Positions 13,175 to 24,312 of a stretch of DNA of 64,000 nucleotides are shown here, one piece after another. Origin of the DNA: the human T2T-CHM13v2.0 reference genome, Homo sapiens. Position numbers and translations under genes: made by a program. The stretch lies in NCBI RefSeq assembly GCF_009914755.1, contig NC_060927.1; one strand, written 5' to 3'. The notes under the pieces are model-generated. The model saw nothing but the letters and a program-made list of their open reading frames with translations. It did no database searches and had not been told where the DNA came from. How positions within the stretch are numbered: position 1 is the first letter of the stretch; the number at the start of each line of letters is the position of its first letter.

Positions 13175-13335
13175 TAGGGTTGCCAGATAAAAACACAGGG
13201 TGCCTGGTTAAATCTGAGTTTCAGATAAACAATGAATATTGGGAACAGTTTATACTAAAAAAAATTACTGTTCATCTGAAATTCAGTTATAACTGGGCAT
13301 CCTGTCTTTTGATTTTGCTAAATCTGACAATCCTA
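13175..13335. mobile_element. MER53 (palindromic hAT MITE)
   Basis: tagggttgccagata…ttaaatctgagtttcagataaacaatgaata … ttcatctgaaattcag…aactgggcatcctg…tgctaaatctgacaatccta; the two halves are inverted copies. Confidence 0.85.
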
Positions 13336-13345
13336 ATAGGGGTGG

Positions 13346-13700
13346 TATGTCAATCAGGGTCTTGCCAGAAAAGAGATGAAACACTTAAACGGGGTAGTTC
13401 AAGGAGGGTTTTGAAAAGAGATTATTTACAAAGGTGTAGTCAGCCCCAGGAAAACAAGGGATGATGCAGTACCTGGAGTTAGAAACAGCAGGTTCAGTTT
13501 CCGTCCCCACAGGAGCAAGGAGAGGGTGAGGCTTTCAGAACCGAAAGACAGGGAGGCTCCATGGGGATGGCTGCCTGAAGAGCAATGACCTCTGCATGAG
13601 AGGCTGGACCCAACTGGTGGCCAGCTGGAAGTAAGAAAACCCTGTAAAGTGGCTCACAGATATCAGTGTCTTGGCCAGAGAGCTGGTAAAGGCAGGTGGA
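13346..13700 (-). mobile_element. Ancient LTR (LTR33/LTR41-like)
   Basis: Antisense LTR end gtcaatcagggtcttgccagaaaagagatg…gattatttacaaaggtgt; right boundary uncertain. Confidence 0.5.
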
Positions 13701-13911
13701 TATTGGATCTAAAGAGGCAAATAAAACACTTCCAGCATGAGACATCTTGGGGGCTCTGGACATCCGGATGACATGGATCCAGCATATAATTAGGCCACAA
13801 CACTGGGGGTAGAACCTCCTTGACTGTGAAATGCCTGCTTGGGAAGTGTCCCTTTGCTCTGGGACAGCCTCAGGGTCCCACTCCGTGGGTCTGTGTTTCT
13901 TGGGTTTTCCT

Positions 13912-13915
<4 letters not shown>

Positions 13916-13944
<29 letters not shown>
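13916..13944 (+). repeat. (TG)n microsatellite
   Basis: About 14 TG units at the edge of the MLT2 LTR. Confidence 0.95.
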
Positions 13945-13947
<3 letters not shown>

Positions 13948-14619
13948 AAGTCTGGCAAATCCAAAATCTGCAGGGTGGGCCGGAAGGCTGTATGTAGATC
14001 CAGGAAGAGCTGATGTTTCAGTTCAAGACTGAAGCCTGTCTGCTGACAGACTTTCTTCTTGCTGAGGGAAGTTCAGTCTTTCATTTTATTCAGCCCTTAA
14101 ACTCTTTGGAGGCTCACCCACATTTGGAGGGCAATCCATTTTAATCAAAGTCCACCAATCTAAATGTTAATCTCATCCAAAAACACCTTCACAGAAACAT
14201 AAAAAGTAATGCTTTACCGAATATTTGGGCACTGTGACCCAGCCAAGTTGACACATTGTGTTAGTCCATTCTCACACTGCTACAAAGAACTGCTTGAGAC
14301 GAAAAGAGGCTTCATTGACTCACAGTTCCACATGGCTTGGGAGGCCTCAGGAAACTTACAATCATGGCAGAAGGTGAAGCAGGCACATCTTACATGGCAG
14401 CAGGTGAGAAAGAGCAAGCAAGAGCAGGGAAAACTGCCTTATAAAACCATCATATCTCATGAGAACTCACTCACTGTCATGAGAATAGCATGGGGAAACT
14501 GCCCCCATGATCCAATCACCTCCCACCAGGTGTCTCCCTCAACACCTGTGGATTACAATTCAAGATGAGATTTGGGTGGGGACATAAAGCCTAACGATAT
14601 CACACATAAAACTATCACA
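13945..14619 (-). mobile_element. MLT2 (HERV-L) LTR interrupted by THE1
   Basis: ggcaaatccaaaatctgcagggtgggc…aatgttaatctcatccaaaaacaccttcacagaaac…ccagccaagttgacacat[THE1]aaaactatcaca. Confidence 0.85.
14257..14602 (-). mobile_element. THE1 (C/D-type) solo LTR with 5-bp TSD
   Basis: tgtgttagtccattctcacactgct…gaggcctcaggaaacttacaatcatggcagaagg…gatatca; TSD cacat at 14252-14256 and 14603-14607. Confidence 0.9.
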
Positions 14620-16247
14620 GCTGACTTTTAGTGTAGCCTTGGTCAGATGCACAAAGGTTGTCCTTGTCACCCTCTTGTGGTCCAGCTCAGCTACCAAGGT
14701 TGGACTCTTCCTATATGGTTTTGGGGACAAAGCAAGAGAAAACTTGCATTTTTTTCACCCTGACCTCTTTCTTATCTCTCCTCTAGGAACCTGAAGTAGG
14801 TGCAAGCAAGTGGCCAAGGAATGGGGGATTAGGAGTCTTGGTCCTCTCTTCCTCAATTTTAAATAAATCAGAGGAATTTTGAATAAGAATCTGCTATGAT
14901 CAAAAAGCTGTTTATCTGAAATGGTTGTTATGAGTTCTTGATCAGAGAAAATATTAGATGCCAGTGTCATAAGTCCACTGGCATAAGATATATGCCTTGT
15001 GAGTGTTTGCAATATTGGGATTAATAATGGGACATCAAGCCTAGGGTTTCTCCAAGCTTTCTTGTGGACATTTCCTAGAAGGACCACTTGTATGATGGCT
15101 AGACTAACATGGTGAGTGTCTTTTGGAGAAAATGTGATGCTTTGGGGGCAGATATAAACTGGCCCTAATATTTAAGAATGACTCAAATCCTTTTTATTAG
15201 AAATAATATTCAAGTGACATTATGAACCAATTTTGGATTTCACAGAATTAACTGTGCAAAATGATCACCCTGAGAATATCTAAATCTGGGACACGCTGTG
15301 ACCTTCAAAGTTTTATATTAGGAATTCCTCCTCTAGGTGTGTCACTAAGTCAAAGGATTTCAGCATTGCATAGATCACAGCAAAAATTAAATCTATGGCA
15401 TTTTCTTTAGATAAAAGCTTGTGATCAGTGCTACCTGTAGTGTTCCAGTTGTCCCAGGAGCTACAGACGTTTTTAACTACTGAGATGAGAATGAAGGTTT
15501 ACACTGTGTTCCTGAAGAATGAATAATGGGAGCTACATTGTCATTCTTATATTTTGTGGCAGGAACTTCCTGCCATCTTGCCGTGAGCTAATTATTGGTT
15601 TACCTCATGAATGGGCAAAGTCAGTTAATACATTCCCAAAAGATGGTACCCTCCACCCCCTGCCAATATTCTAGATGGCAGGATGTTCATAAAGTATTAG
15701 AAAATCCCAAGGTCAGTAAAATTCCCAATCAAGAACTCAGAATGTAGTATGTTGAGTTTGATTGTGTTTTTGCAGTAATATCATTAATAATCAGTTGTTG
15801 ATAAGCTTAGCCAAGTCACATTTTACAAAGATTTAAATTCCCCAACAAGATCAGCAAGACGTTCAATGACTCTCAGTAAAGGTAATGTGTAAGTGTCTCA
15901 GCTAAATTGTATTTTCAGTCTCTATAGAGTCTTACCTCACTCAGACTAGAGTGCTGGAATAAAGTATGTTACCAGTTCAAGGGCATCTTGTTTGATTAAA
16001 TATTCAATCAATCTCTTATACAACGCAAGAGCTCCATTTATAGATTTCAAGGGAATTAGCAAAATCATTATTGAAGGCTTTAAGCAGACGATTGACATGT
16101 TAGATTTGTACTTTAGAAGGGTCTTTCTGACTGTGGTGTGGAAAAAGGCTTGGAGTGATAAAGATTAGCAACAGGGAGACCAGCTGAGGTTCTACAGAGA
16201 ATGGAAGGGTCTGAACTGGGCCAGTAGTTGTAGAGTTGATGAGGAGC

Positions 16248-16684
16248 TATGTACCTGGGCATCAGTCTAGACTCACAGCTCCCCAGTTACAGGGCACATA
16301 ATGGACCATGGGCACTATTGCTGTGATCTAAATCCAGCCTCACGTTTGTGTTGAAGCCATGCTTCCCATGAGCTAATGTCAGCCAGTTACCAAGAGTGGC
16401 AGTAATACAAGTACGGGGATGTTTCTGGGAGACCTGGAGCTCCCCTAATGGTGTTTGTGGCTTAAAACTCCCCAGTGGCTTTGCGGAACATTCCTTGCAC
16501 TGCACAACAGTGTGACACTTCCACCCAACCTTCTCTCCCTCTTTTCTTCATTCGAGGTCGCACTCATTGTGAGCTTCTCCTGGCTTCCTCCACATTTTCT
16601 CTCATAGATATTTTCCTTAACAAAAATCCTTGCATGTTTAACCTCACCTTGGCATCTGCTTCTTAACGAAGCTGGAACAACACA
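16248..16684 (+). mobile_element. LTR16A-type LTR
   Basis: cagccagttacca…cccaaccttctctccc…ttccttaacaaaaatccttgcatgtttaacctcaccttggcatctgcttc. Confidence 0.7.
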
Positions 16685-16699
16685 AGGGCAATTTCAAAA

Positions 16700-16808
16700 A
16701 AATTTTTTGTGTGACGGAGTCTTGCAATATTGGCCAGGCCTCAAGTGATTCTCTTGCCTCGGCCTCCCAAAGTGTTGGGATTACAGGCATGAGCCATGGT
16801 GCCCAGCC
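16700..16808 (-). mobile_element. Alu left monomer (FLAM-like), internally deleted
   Basis: ctcaagtgattctcttgcctcggcctcccaaagtgttgggattacaggcatgagcc…gcccagcc. Confidence 0.85.
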
Positions 16809-17374
16809 AAAAATATTTTAAAAGTAGAATTGGCAAAGGAATGAGGGAGAAATGAGTCTCCTACCTCTCCCCTGTTTCTGAGTAGCAGGAGGGTGGATGG
16901 TAGAACCCAAGAGAGGAGCAGGTTTAGAGTTGAGGGTTTCTTTATATCTCTATGGTTTCTGTGATGACAGAGGAGACACTAATGCCTGAGAGACCACTCT
17001 TTGCCTTTTCTTACTTCTAAAATGTATAAGAACGTTGCTGTTGCTGCTTCTTCATCACCTGAGGTTTGATTGTAATGGTGCAAGTGTTACACTACTGTTA
17101 TTAATTAACTTCATTCCACCCTTCAGTTGTAATCCCTGCACTCTTCCAAGAACGTGACCATTCAGGTCTCCATGCTTTTTCTCTTGCTGTCCTCTATTCT
17201 TTTTCTAGGCTGTCCTCAGCCTGGAAAGCTCACCCAGAATTGCCTTCTGAAATATTTGACTTGCTGGAAGTGGCTGTGTAGGAGAATGGGAAAGCATAGT
17301 GTTTCAGTCGCGAGCTGGGCTCTTCAGCTCCAGCTCTGCTGCTAAGAGAGGCAGCTGTGTTGGTCCTGGAGAGG

Positions 17375-17834
<460 letters not shown>

Positions 17835-18224
17835 TTAACCTTTTTAAACCTGTCTGGGTCCTTAGTTGTAAAGCAAAGGTGTCAGACTAGATGACCTTAT
17901 CAGTTGGTAAAACCTAATTCACATGCTGCCTGACCTGCTCCCCCACTCCCACTCTGAGAGCTCATCATTCCTTCCTAGGCCTTTCCACAGTGTGCTGGGA
18001 CACCTCTAGTTGGTTCTCATGCCAGTTTTGCTTTATGTTTTACTTGGTTGTGTGCAAATCTGTCTACTCCACTGGATAGGAGGCTGTTTGAGTGCAGGGA
18101 ATATTTTTCCTTGTAACCCCAGAGTGATCAGCACAGCAGGAACACAAAAATTCTTGTGATTAATTAAATGATTAAGGATGGCTTCTAGAGAGAGATGGTC
18201 AAAAGTGGGATTCTTTTTAATAGC

Positions 18225-18450
18225 AGATATGTTGATTAAATTCTCACTTGTACCAGTCACTGTGCTTAAGTACTTTTTAAACATTATCTCACTTAACTCT
18301 CATCAGCCCTAAAGATAGGCATTATATTCCCATTTTGCAAATGAGAAAAGAGGCTCACAGAGATTTAGGAACTTGCTAAGTGAGTGGCAAAACTGGGATG
18401 GAAACCCAGCTCTGTTGGCTTCTATAGACCATGTTATTCACGCTACATTG
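18225..18450 (-). mobile_element. MIR
   Basis: ttatattcccattttgcaaatgagaaaagaggctcacagagattt…gaaacccagctctg. Confidence 0.75.
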
Positions 18451-18503
18451 CCAGAGTCTTTGATGCTAAACATTCCTCAAACTCTTATAGACTAATTTGT
18501 GTT

Positions 18504-18882
18504 CATTATGGTCTGAATGTTTGTGTCCTCCCAAAATTCATGTGTTAAAGTCCTAATCCCCAGTGTGATGGTATTTGGGAGTAAGGCTTTTGGGAGGTAA
18601 TTAGGGTTAGAACAGGTCACGAGGCTGGGGCTCTTATGATGGGATTAGTGCCCTTGCAAGAAGAGAAAGAATCTTTCTCTCTTTCCATGCTCATACATGG
18701 AGGAAAGAACACGTGATGACACAGCAAGAAGGTGGATGTCTATAAGTCAGGAAGAAAGTCTCACTAGGAACTGAATCTACCAGCACCTTCTTAGACTTCC
18801 CAGCCTCCAGAAGTGTAAGAAATGTCTATCATTTAAGCCACCTAGTCTATGATAATTTGTTATAGTAGCCCAAGCTAAGACA
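18504..18882 (+). mobile_element. MLT1A-type solo LTR
   Basis: tatggtctgaatgtttgtgtcctcccaaaattcatgtgtt…gatgggattagtgccctt…ttgttatagtagcccaagctaagaca. Confidence 0.87.
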
Positions 18883-19924
18883 GCGTTGTATTTCACTTCC
18901 ATCTTGGCCACACACTCAATAAACACTATGTTGTCACCTGCCTGCCAATTGCACACCTCCCCATCCATCCCTGGCAATTTTGGTTGTCATTCCAGGCTGG
19001 CTCTCTCCAGTGGTCCATGCACTAGACCTCTCCCTCCCCATCAAAAACATCCTGTCCGCTCAGAACCTTGCCAGTTGGATGCGTTAGTGCACATTAAGGT
19101 GTTAAACAGTTCAAAGGGTTGTTTCTTTGGGCCAAGACTCTTGCTCAGGCTATTGATAACTTGAACCCCACATAGCAGCTCTTTGAGTTCAAGGCAGGCT
19201 GGTGGGGAGATACAAGGGGAGCAGAAGGGCCTTTTTGTCCCTCCTGAATAAGATCTCAGCTCTCAGCTCTCAGACACTGTTACTTATGCAATTCCATCAG
19301 TTTCTTGAGAGAGGTATGATCCTGGGGGGAATCTGTTAATAGAAACATAAATCTAGGAAGGCCTCAGAGCCTCTCATTTCACAGTTAGGTAACTAAAGCC
19401 CAGCAAGGTTACTCACAATGACACATCCAAAGTGGCAGAGCCAAGGCCAGAAGGAAAGCTCTGTCAAGGAAGGCACATCCTTCTTAGAGCAGGGCTCACT
19501 CTTGCATGCATTCCCTGCTTCCCTTTCTTTCTCCTCCTCTCACATACTTCCTTGTTGCTTTTGTTGAGCAGGAGGGCTAAATCACAGCCAGTTTTCAGAG
19601 GTCAGTTTCCAGGGTAGGCAGGTGCTGAGGTTATGCAACTACATGGTGAATCATTCTGGAAGGACAGCTCAAGCACATTCTCATGTGGTCAGCTCCACAG
19701 GATGTGGCATTTTTCTACAGCTGCAGAGAAGCTGGAACAATCCTATCTGCAGGATAAAACCCCTCTTAAGAGTTTTAACTGTTTTAACCAAGCCTTTGAG
19801 GAGCTCTCCGCGCAGCAACTACAACAATCCTATGGGCAGCCACGGGGGATGGAAAAACCCTTTACAAAGACGATTTAACCCCCAAGTTTGGGTAAATAAA
19901 ATGTGGATCTACCAGGAGAAAATA

Positions 19925-20420
19925 AATATCCAGGAAAGGAGCCATTCCTTAGAAAATTATAAGTGACCCAGATTGACTCAAAATTAGAAAACCTGTTCAG
20001 ACCAATAATTATAGAAGACCCAGAAACATTGTCCAAGAATTAACTGAAAGAAAAGTCACCAGTTCCTGGTAGGAATATAATTGAGTAATTAAAAAAAAAA
20101 CTTTTAAGGAATCATTTTTTGTTATTGTATAAATTATTTTAGAACATAAAAATGTGAAAAGCTCCTCTGATTGATTTCACAAAGCAAATTTAACCCTGGT
20201 ACTAAACTATGACAACTGGCATTCCCAAAAGAAAATGCTGAACCAATCATCTCATTTACAAGTATAGATATAAAAATTCTAAATAAAGAGGCTACCACTC
20301 AAAAGTATACTGAAAAGAATATGCAGGTATGCAAGTAGGGTTCAGGGTACTAGGAATGCAAGAATGTTTCAAAATCAGGAAAGCTAGAAATAGAATGAAT
20401 CACGTAAGTAGACCACAGAG
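19925..20420 (+). mobile_element. Ancient L1 (L1M/L1ME) ORF2 fragment
   Basis: Degenerate RT-region sequence (ttccttagaaaatta…aaacctg…agaccaataa…aagtcaccagttcctg…ggaatgcaagaatgtttcaa). Confidence 0.65.
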
Positions 20421-20477
20421 CATTAACACAGTCTACATCTATTCCTGATGTTTAAATACGAGTAGAATGATATTTAC

Positions 20478-21002
20478 TTGAGGTGCTGGTTATTCCCAGT
20501 TTTTGCTCCCAGATTTGTTTTTCTCCTCCCTTTTCAGTTCCTGTTTTGTGTCCTTCTGTGGCTGACCTCCACAGACCACATCTTTCAGGCTCTCAGATCC
20601 TCTGTCTTCAGACTGTGCTCAGCCATTGGGTATGGGCAGAGGAAGGAAGGTGAAGGGAAGGATGCTTGGAGTGTTTGTCCCCTCTATCCCTTTCATCCCC
20701 TGCGGTTTCAGCAGTGGCAGTGTTCAGCAGTGGATGTGTTCCTCCTCAACTGCAGCTCCTCTAGGCAGACCTTCCGGCATGGCTATGACTCTCACAGGCT
20801 CCAGTGATATTTTTCCCTCCCTTTTTTCCTTCAGGTTTACGGGTATTAACAGATTCCCACAGTTGCTATTCCCTGGACACCTCACCATCTTTTTGTGGTT
20901 CCCTTAACCCGTCCAATCTCTATGCTTAGTTTCCTTGTTCAATTCTGTTTAGTTAAATATTTTTCGGCATATTGTCTTACTGCCAAGATCTTGACTAATA
21001 CA
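20478..21002 (+). mobile_element. LTR33-like ancient LTR
   Basis: cagccattggg…ccttcaggttt…gggtattaacagattccc…gttgcta…ctgccaagatcttgactaataca. Confidence 0.6.
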
Positions 21003-21119
21003 TCCAGCATGATGAATACTATTTATCATAGATCAATAAAGAGTATTATATTTATTAGAGTAATTAAATTATCTCATAATGTAATAATAGATGGAAAACC
21101 CTGAATTTTCCTCTTTGAC

Positions 21120-21900
21120 AATTTTTGGGTCAATGAGAAAATTGAAACTGAAATTTCAAACTCCATGACTTAGCAATAATAAAATACTGCATGTCAAAAT
21201 TAATGTAAGATGGCCAAAGCTGATTTCACAGAAAAATAAAGCCATAAACACATATATTAGACACTACAAATGAAAATTTTAAAAAATGTGCTCCAGAAGT
21301 TAGGAAAAAATATCACAAGTAGCATATGGAAAGCATAAATAATAAAGTAAAAGCAGAAATTAATGAATTACAAGACTGAAAAAGAAAAAACAAATTTTAA
21401 AAATTTGAAAAAATCATATTAGAAATAAAAAATAAAAAATTAGAAAGAAGAATTAATGAAATGTACAGAGGACATTCAAAAAAGTTTCAGGGAATGTTTG
21501 GCAAACCTGGGTACAAATTAAATTGAAACTTGGATGAAATAATTAAGTGTCTTAGAAAACACAGAAATTACCAAAATTCACCCTAGAGAAAATAAGAATT
21601 CTAAATAGACGAATAATCAGAAATTAAGACTAAAACATACCCTAATCACCAGGCCCAGATGGTTTCTCAGGTAAATAATTTCAAATGTTCAAGGAACAAA
21701 GAATTCCAATACTTAAACTGTCTCAAAGCACAGCAAGATAAGAAGAGCTTCCACGGGAAGCCAAAAATAACACCACCACTCAAATCAGAGTACAAGGAAG
21801 ATGACCAAACTCATTTATGAATATTGCTGTTAAAAATGTATGAATAATAAAAATTAGCAAGTAGACTGCACAGATAAAAAAAGAAAAGGTCTCTGTCATG
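21120..21900 (+). mobile_element. Ancient L1 ORF2 fragment
   Basis: A-rich sequence tgggtcaatgagaaaattgaaac…aaagcagaaattaatgaatt…caccaggcccagatggtttc (degenerate SPGPDGF motif). Confidence 0.7.
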
Positions 21901-22677
21901 AAAGCAAAAAAGAAGATGGGATACCTTGGTAATAAAAATTCTGCAGGTTACTGGGATCCAAGCAGTCCATTTTGATACCCAGAGATTTGCAACAGCTTAA
22001 AAAAACTTGCAGATGAATCATATAGCCTACAAATATGGAAAAAAATTAAGTAAAATTTTGGTATGTAATCAATGCAAAAAATATATATAGATGGTAGTCT
22101 ATTTTTATCATTTACTATCATAAATTATGCTCATCTATTATTAAAAGTTTAAATTTATCAAAACTTATGCATACACATACAGGCCATACATGTTGCCTTT
22201 TGCATGTAATGTAAATATACAATACATGCAATATATTGTATTTTGAGAGAAATGTAAATATACAATATTAAATCATAACTGCATAAACTTAATTAGAATA
22301 CATACTGTACTACTGTAATAATTTTGTATTTACCTCTTGTTACTACTGGGTCAGCTCCAGTGTTGGGGATATCTGCTTAAAACACCATGTGCTGCTATTC
22401 ATCTCCTTGTGAACAGTTTGTCTCTCCAGTAAATTGCATATCACATTAAAAAATGATCTTTTGTGGTTTCCATGTATTTTTCATATTGCAATACCATAAA
22501 CCTTGAATAACATCATGGGACCCATACAAACGTGCCAGTACTTGAAGTGCTCCCGAGTGTCAGAGAAAAGTCATGACATCACCAGAAAAGACAGAGTTGC
22601 TTGATATGCACCATCAATTGAGGTCAGCAGTTGCAGTTGTTCACCATTTCAAGATAAATGAAACCAGTGTAAAGATC

Positions 22678-22817
22678 AAAGAAAGAAAGAGAAAGAAAGA
22701 AGAAAGAAAGGAAGGAAGGAAGGGAAGAAAGAAAAAGAAAGAAAGAAAGAGAAAGAAAAGAAAGAAAGGAGAGAAAGAAAGAGGAAGGAAGGGAGGAAGG
22801 AAGGAAGGAAGGAAAAA
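22678..22817 (+). repeat. Polypurine (GAAA)n/(GGAA)n low-complexity tract
   Basis: About 140 nt of only A and G, read directly. Confidence 0.95.
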
Positions 22818-23087
22818 CAATTTCATGAAGCCATCACTGCATTAAAAAAAAGTGCATGAAACCTTGCACTTTTTGTGAAGTACTTTTTATCACATATTGA
22901 AAATGTGGCTTTTCTGTGGGTGCAGGATTGCTATAAGAAAGGCATACCTTTATACTCTAATATGATTCAAGAAAAAGTGAAGTCATTATATGAAAACCTA
23001 AAGCAAATGGAAGGCAAAGAATCTAAAGCCTGAGAATTTAATGCCAGAAAAGGATGGTCTGATAATCTTAGCGAAAGGCCTGACTTT

Positions 23088-24312
23088 TAAATGTTAGACC
23101 TAAAACCATAAAAACCCTAGAAGAAAACCGAGGCAATACCATTCAGGACATAGACCTAGGCAAGGACTTCATGTCTAAAACATCAAAAGCAATGGCAACA
23201 AAAGCCAAAATTGACAAATGGGATCTAATTAAACTAAAGAGCTTCTGCACAGCAAAAGAAACTACCATCAGAGTGAATAGGCAACCTACAGAATGGGAGA
23301 AAATTTTTGCAATCTACTCATCTGACAAAGGGCTAATATCCAGAATCTACAAAGAACTCAAACAAATTTACAAGAAAAAAACAACCCATCACAAAGTGGG
23401 CGAAGGATATGAACAGACACTTCTCAAAAGAAGACATTTATGCAGCCAACAGATACGTGAAAAAATGCTCATCATCACTGGCCATCAGAGAAATTCAAAT
23501 CAAAACCACAATGAGATACCATCTCACAGCAGTTAGAATGGCAATCATTAAAAGGTCAGGAGACAACAGGTGGTGGAGAGGATGTGGAGAAATAGGAACA
23601 CTTTTACACTGATAGTGGGACTGTAAACTAGTTCAACCATTGTGGAAGACAGTGTGGCGATTCCTCAGGGATCTAGAACTAGAAATACCATTTGACTCAG
23701 CCATCCCACTACTGGGTATATACCCAAAGGAATATAAATCATGCTGCTATAAAGACACATGCACACGTATGTTTACTGTGGCACTACTCACAATAGCAAA
23801 GACTTGGAACCAACCCAAATGTCCATCAATGATAGACTGGATTAAGAAAATGTGGCACATATACACCATGGAATACTATGCAGCCATAAAAAATGATGAG
23901 TTCATGTCCTTTGTAGGGACATGGATGAAGCTGGAAACCATCATTCTCAGCAAACTATGGCAAGGACAAAAAACCAAACACCGCATGTTCTCACTCATAG
24001 GTGGGAATTGAACAATAAGAACACTTGGACACAGGAAGGGGAACATCACACACTGGGGCCTGTCATGGGGTGGGGGGAGGGGGGAGGGATAGCATTAGGA
24101 GATATACCTAATGTAAATGACGAGTTAATGGGTGCAGCACACCAACATGGCACATGTATACATATGTAACAAACCTGGACATTGTGCACATGTACTCTAG
24201 AACTTAAAGTATAATGAAAAAAATATATATATATAAAATAAAGAACAAGTGAAAAATTATGACATATATAAGGTATTAATAAAAGTGCTTCTTAACACCA
24301 AAAAAAAAAAAA
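23088..24312 (+). mobile_element. L1PA (PA4/5-like), 5'-truncated: ORF2 C-terminus, 3'UTR, 3' transduction and poly(A)
   Basis: ORFs 23171-24011 encode the ORF2p C-terminus ([25 protein letters not shown]; [13 protein letters not shown]-like; MWHIYTMEYYAAIK). 3'UTR with G-rich tract. TSD aaaggc(c/t)tgacttt at 23074-23087 and 24316-24329. Confidence 0.95.

Larger units (their letters stand above)
16065..16935 (-). mobile_element. L2 fragment split by LTR16A and an Alu monomer
   Basis: ttgaaggctttaagcag…gacatgttagatttgtactttagaagg…ggagaccag, resuming after 16810. Confidence 0.55.

Noticed and set aside
19622-19966. Overlapping 114-aa and 81-aa ORFs in partly unique sequence
   Set aside because: No recognisable homology or exon structure; the 3' end runs into an ancient L1 fragment.
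22573-22845. K/R/E-rich and F/L-rich ORFs
   Set aside because: Translations of the polypurine tract fused to the decayed Tigger2 transposase start.
23171-24011. ORFs with strong protein similarity
   Set aside because: Frameshifted C-terminal L1 ORF2p fragments of a 5'-truncated L1PA; not a host gene.
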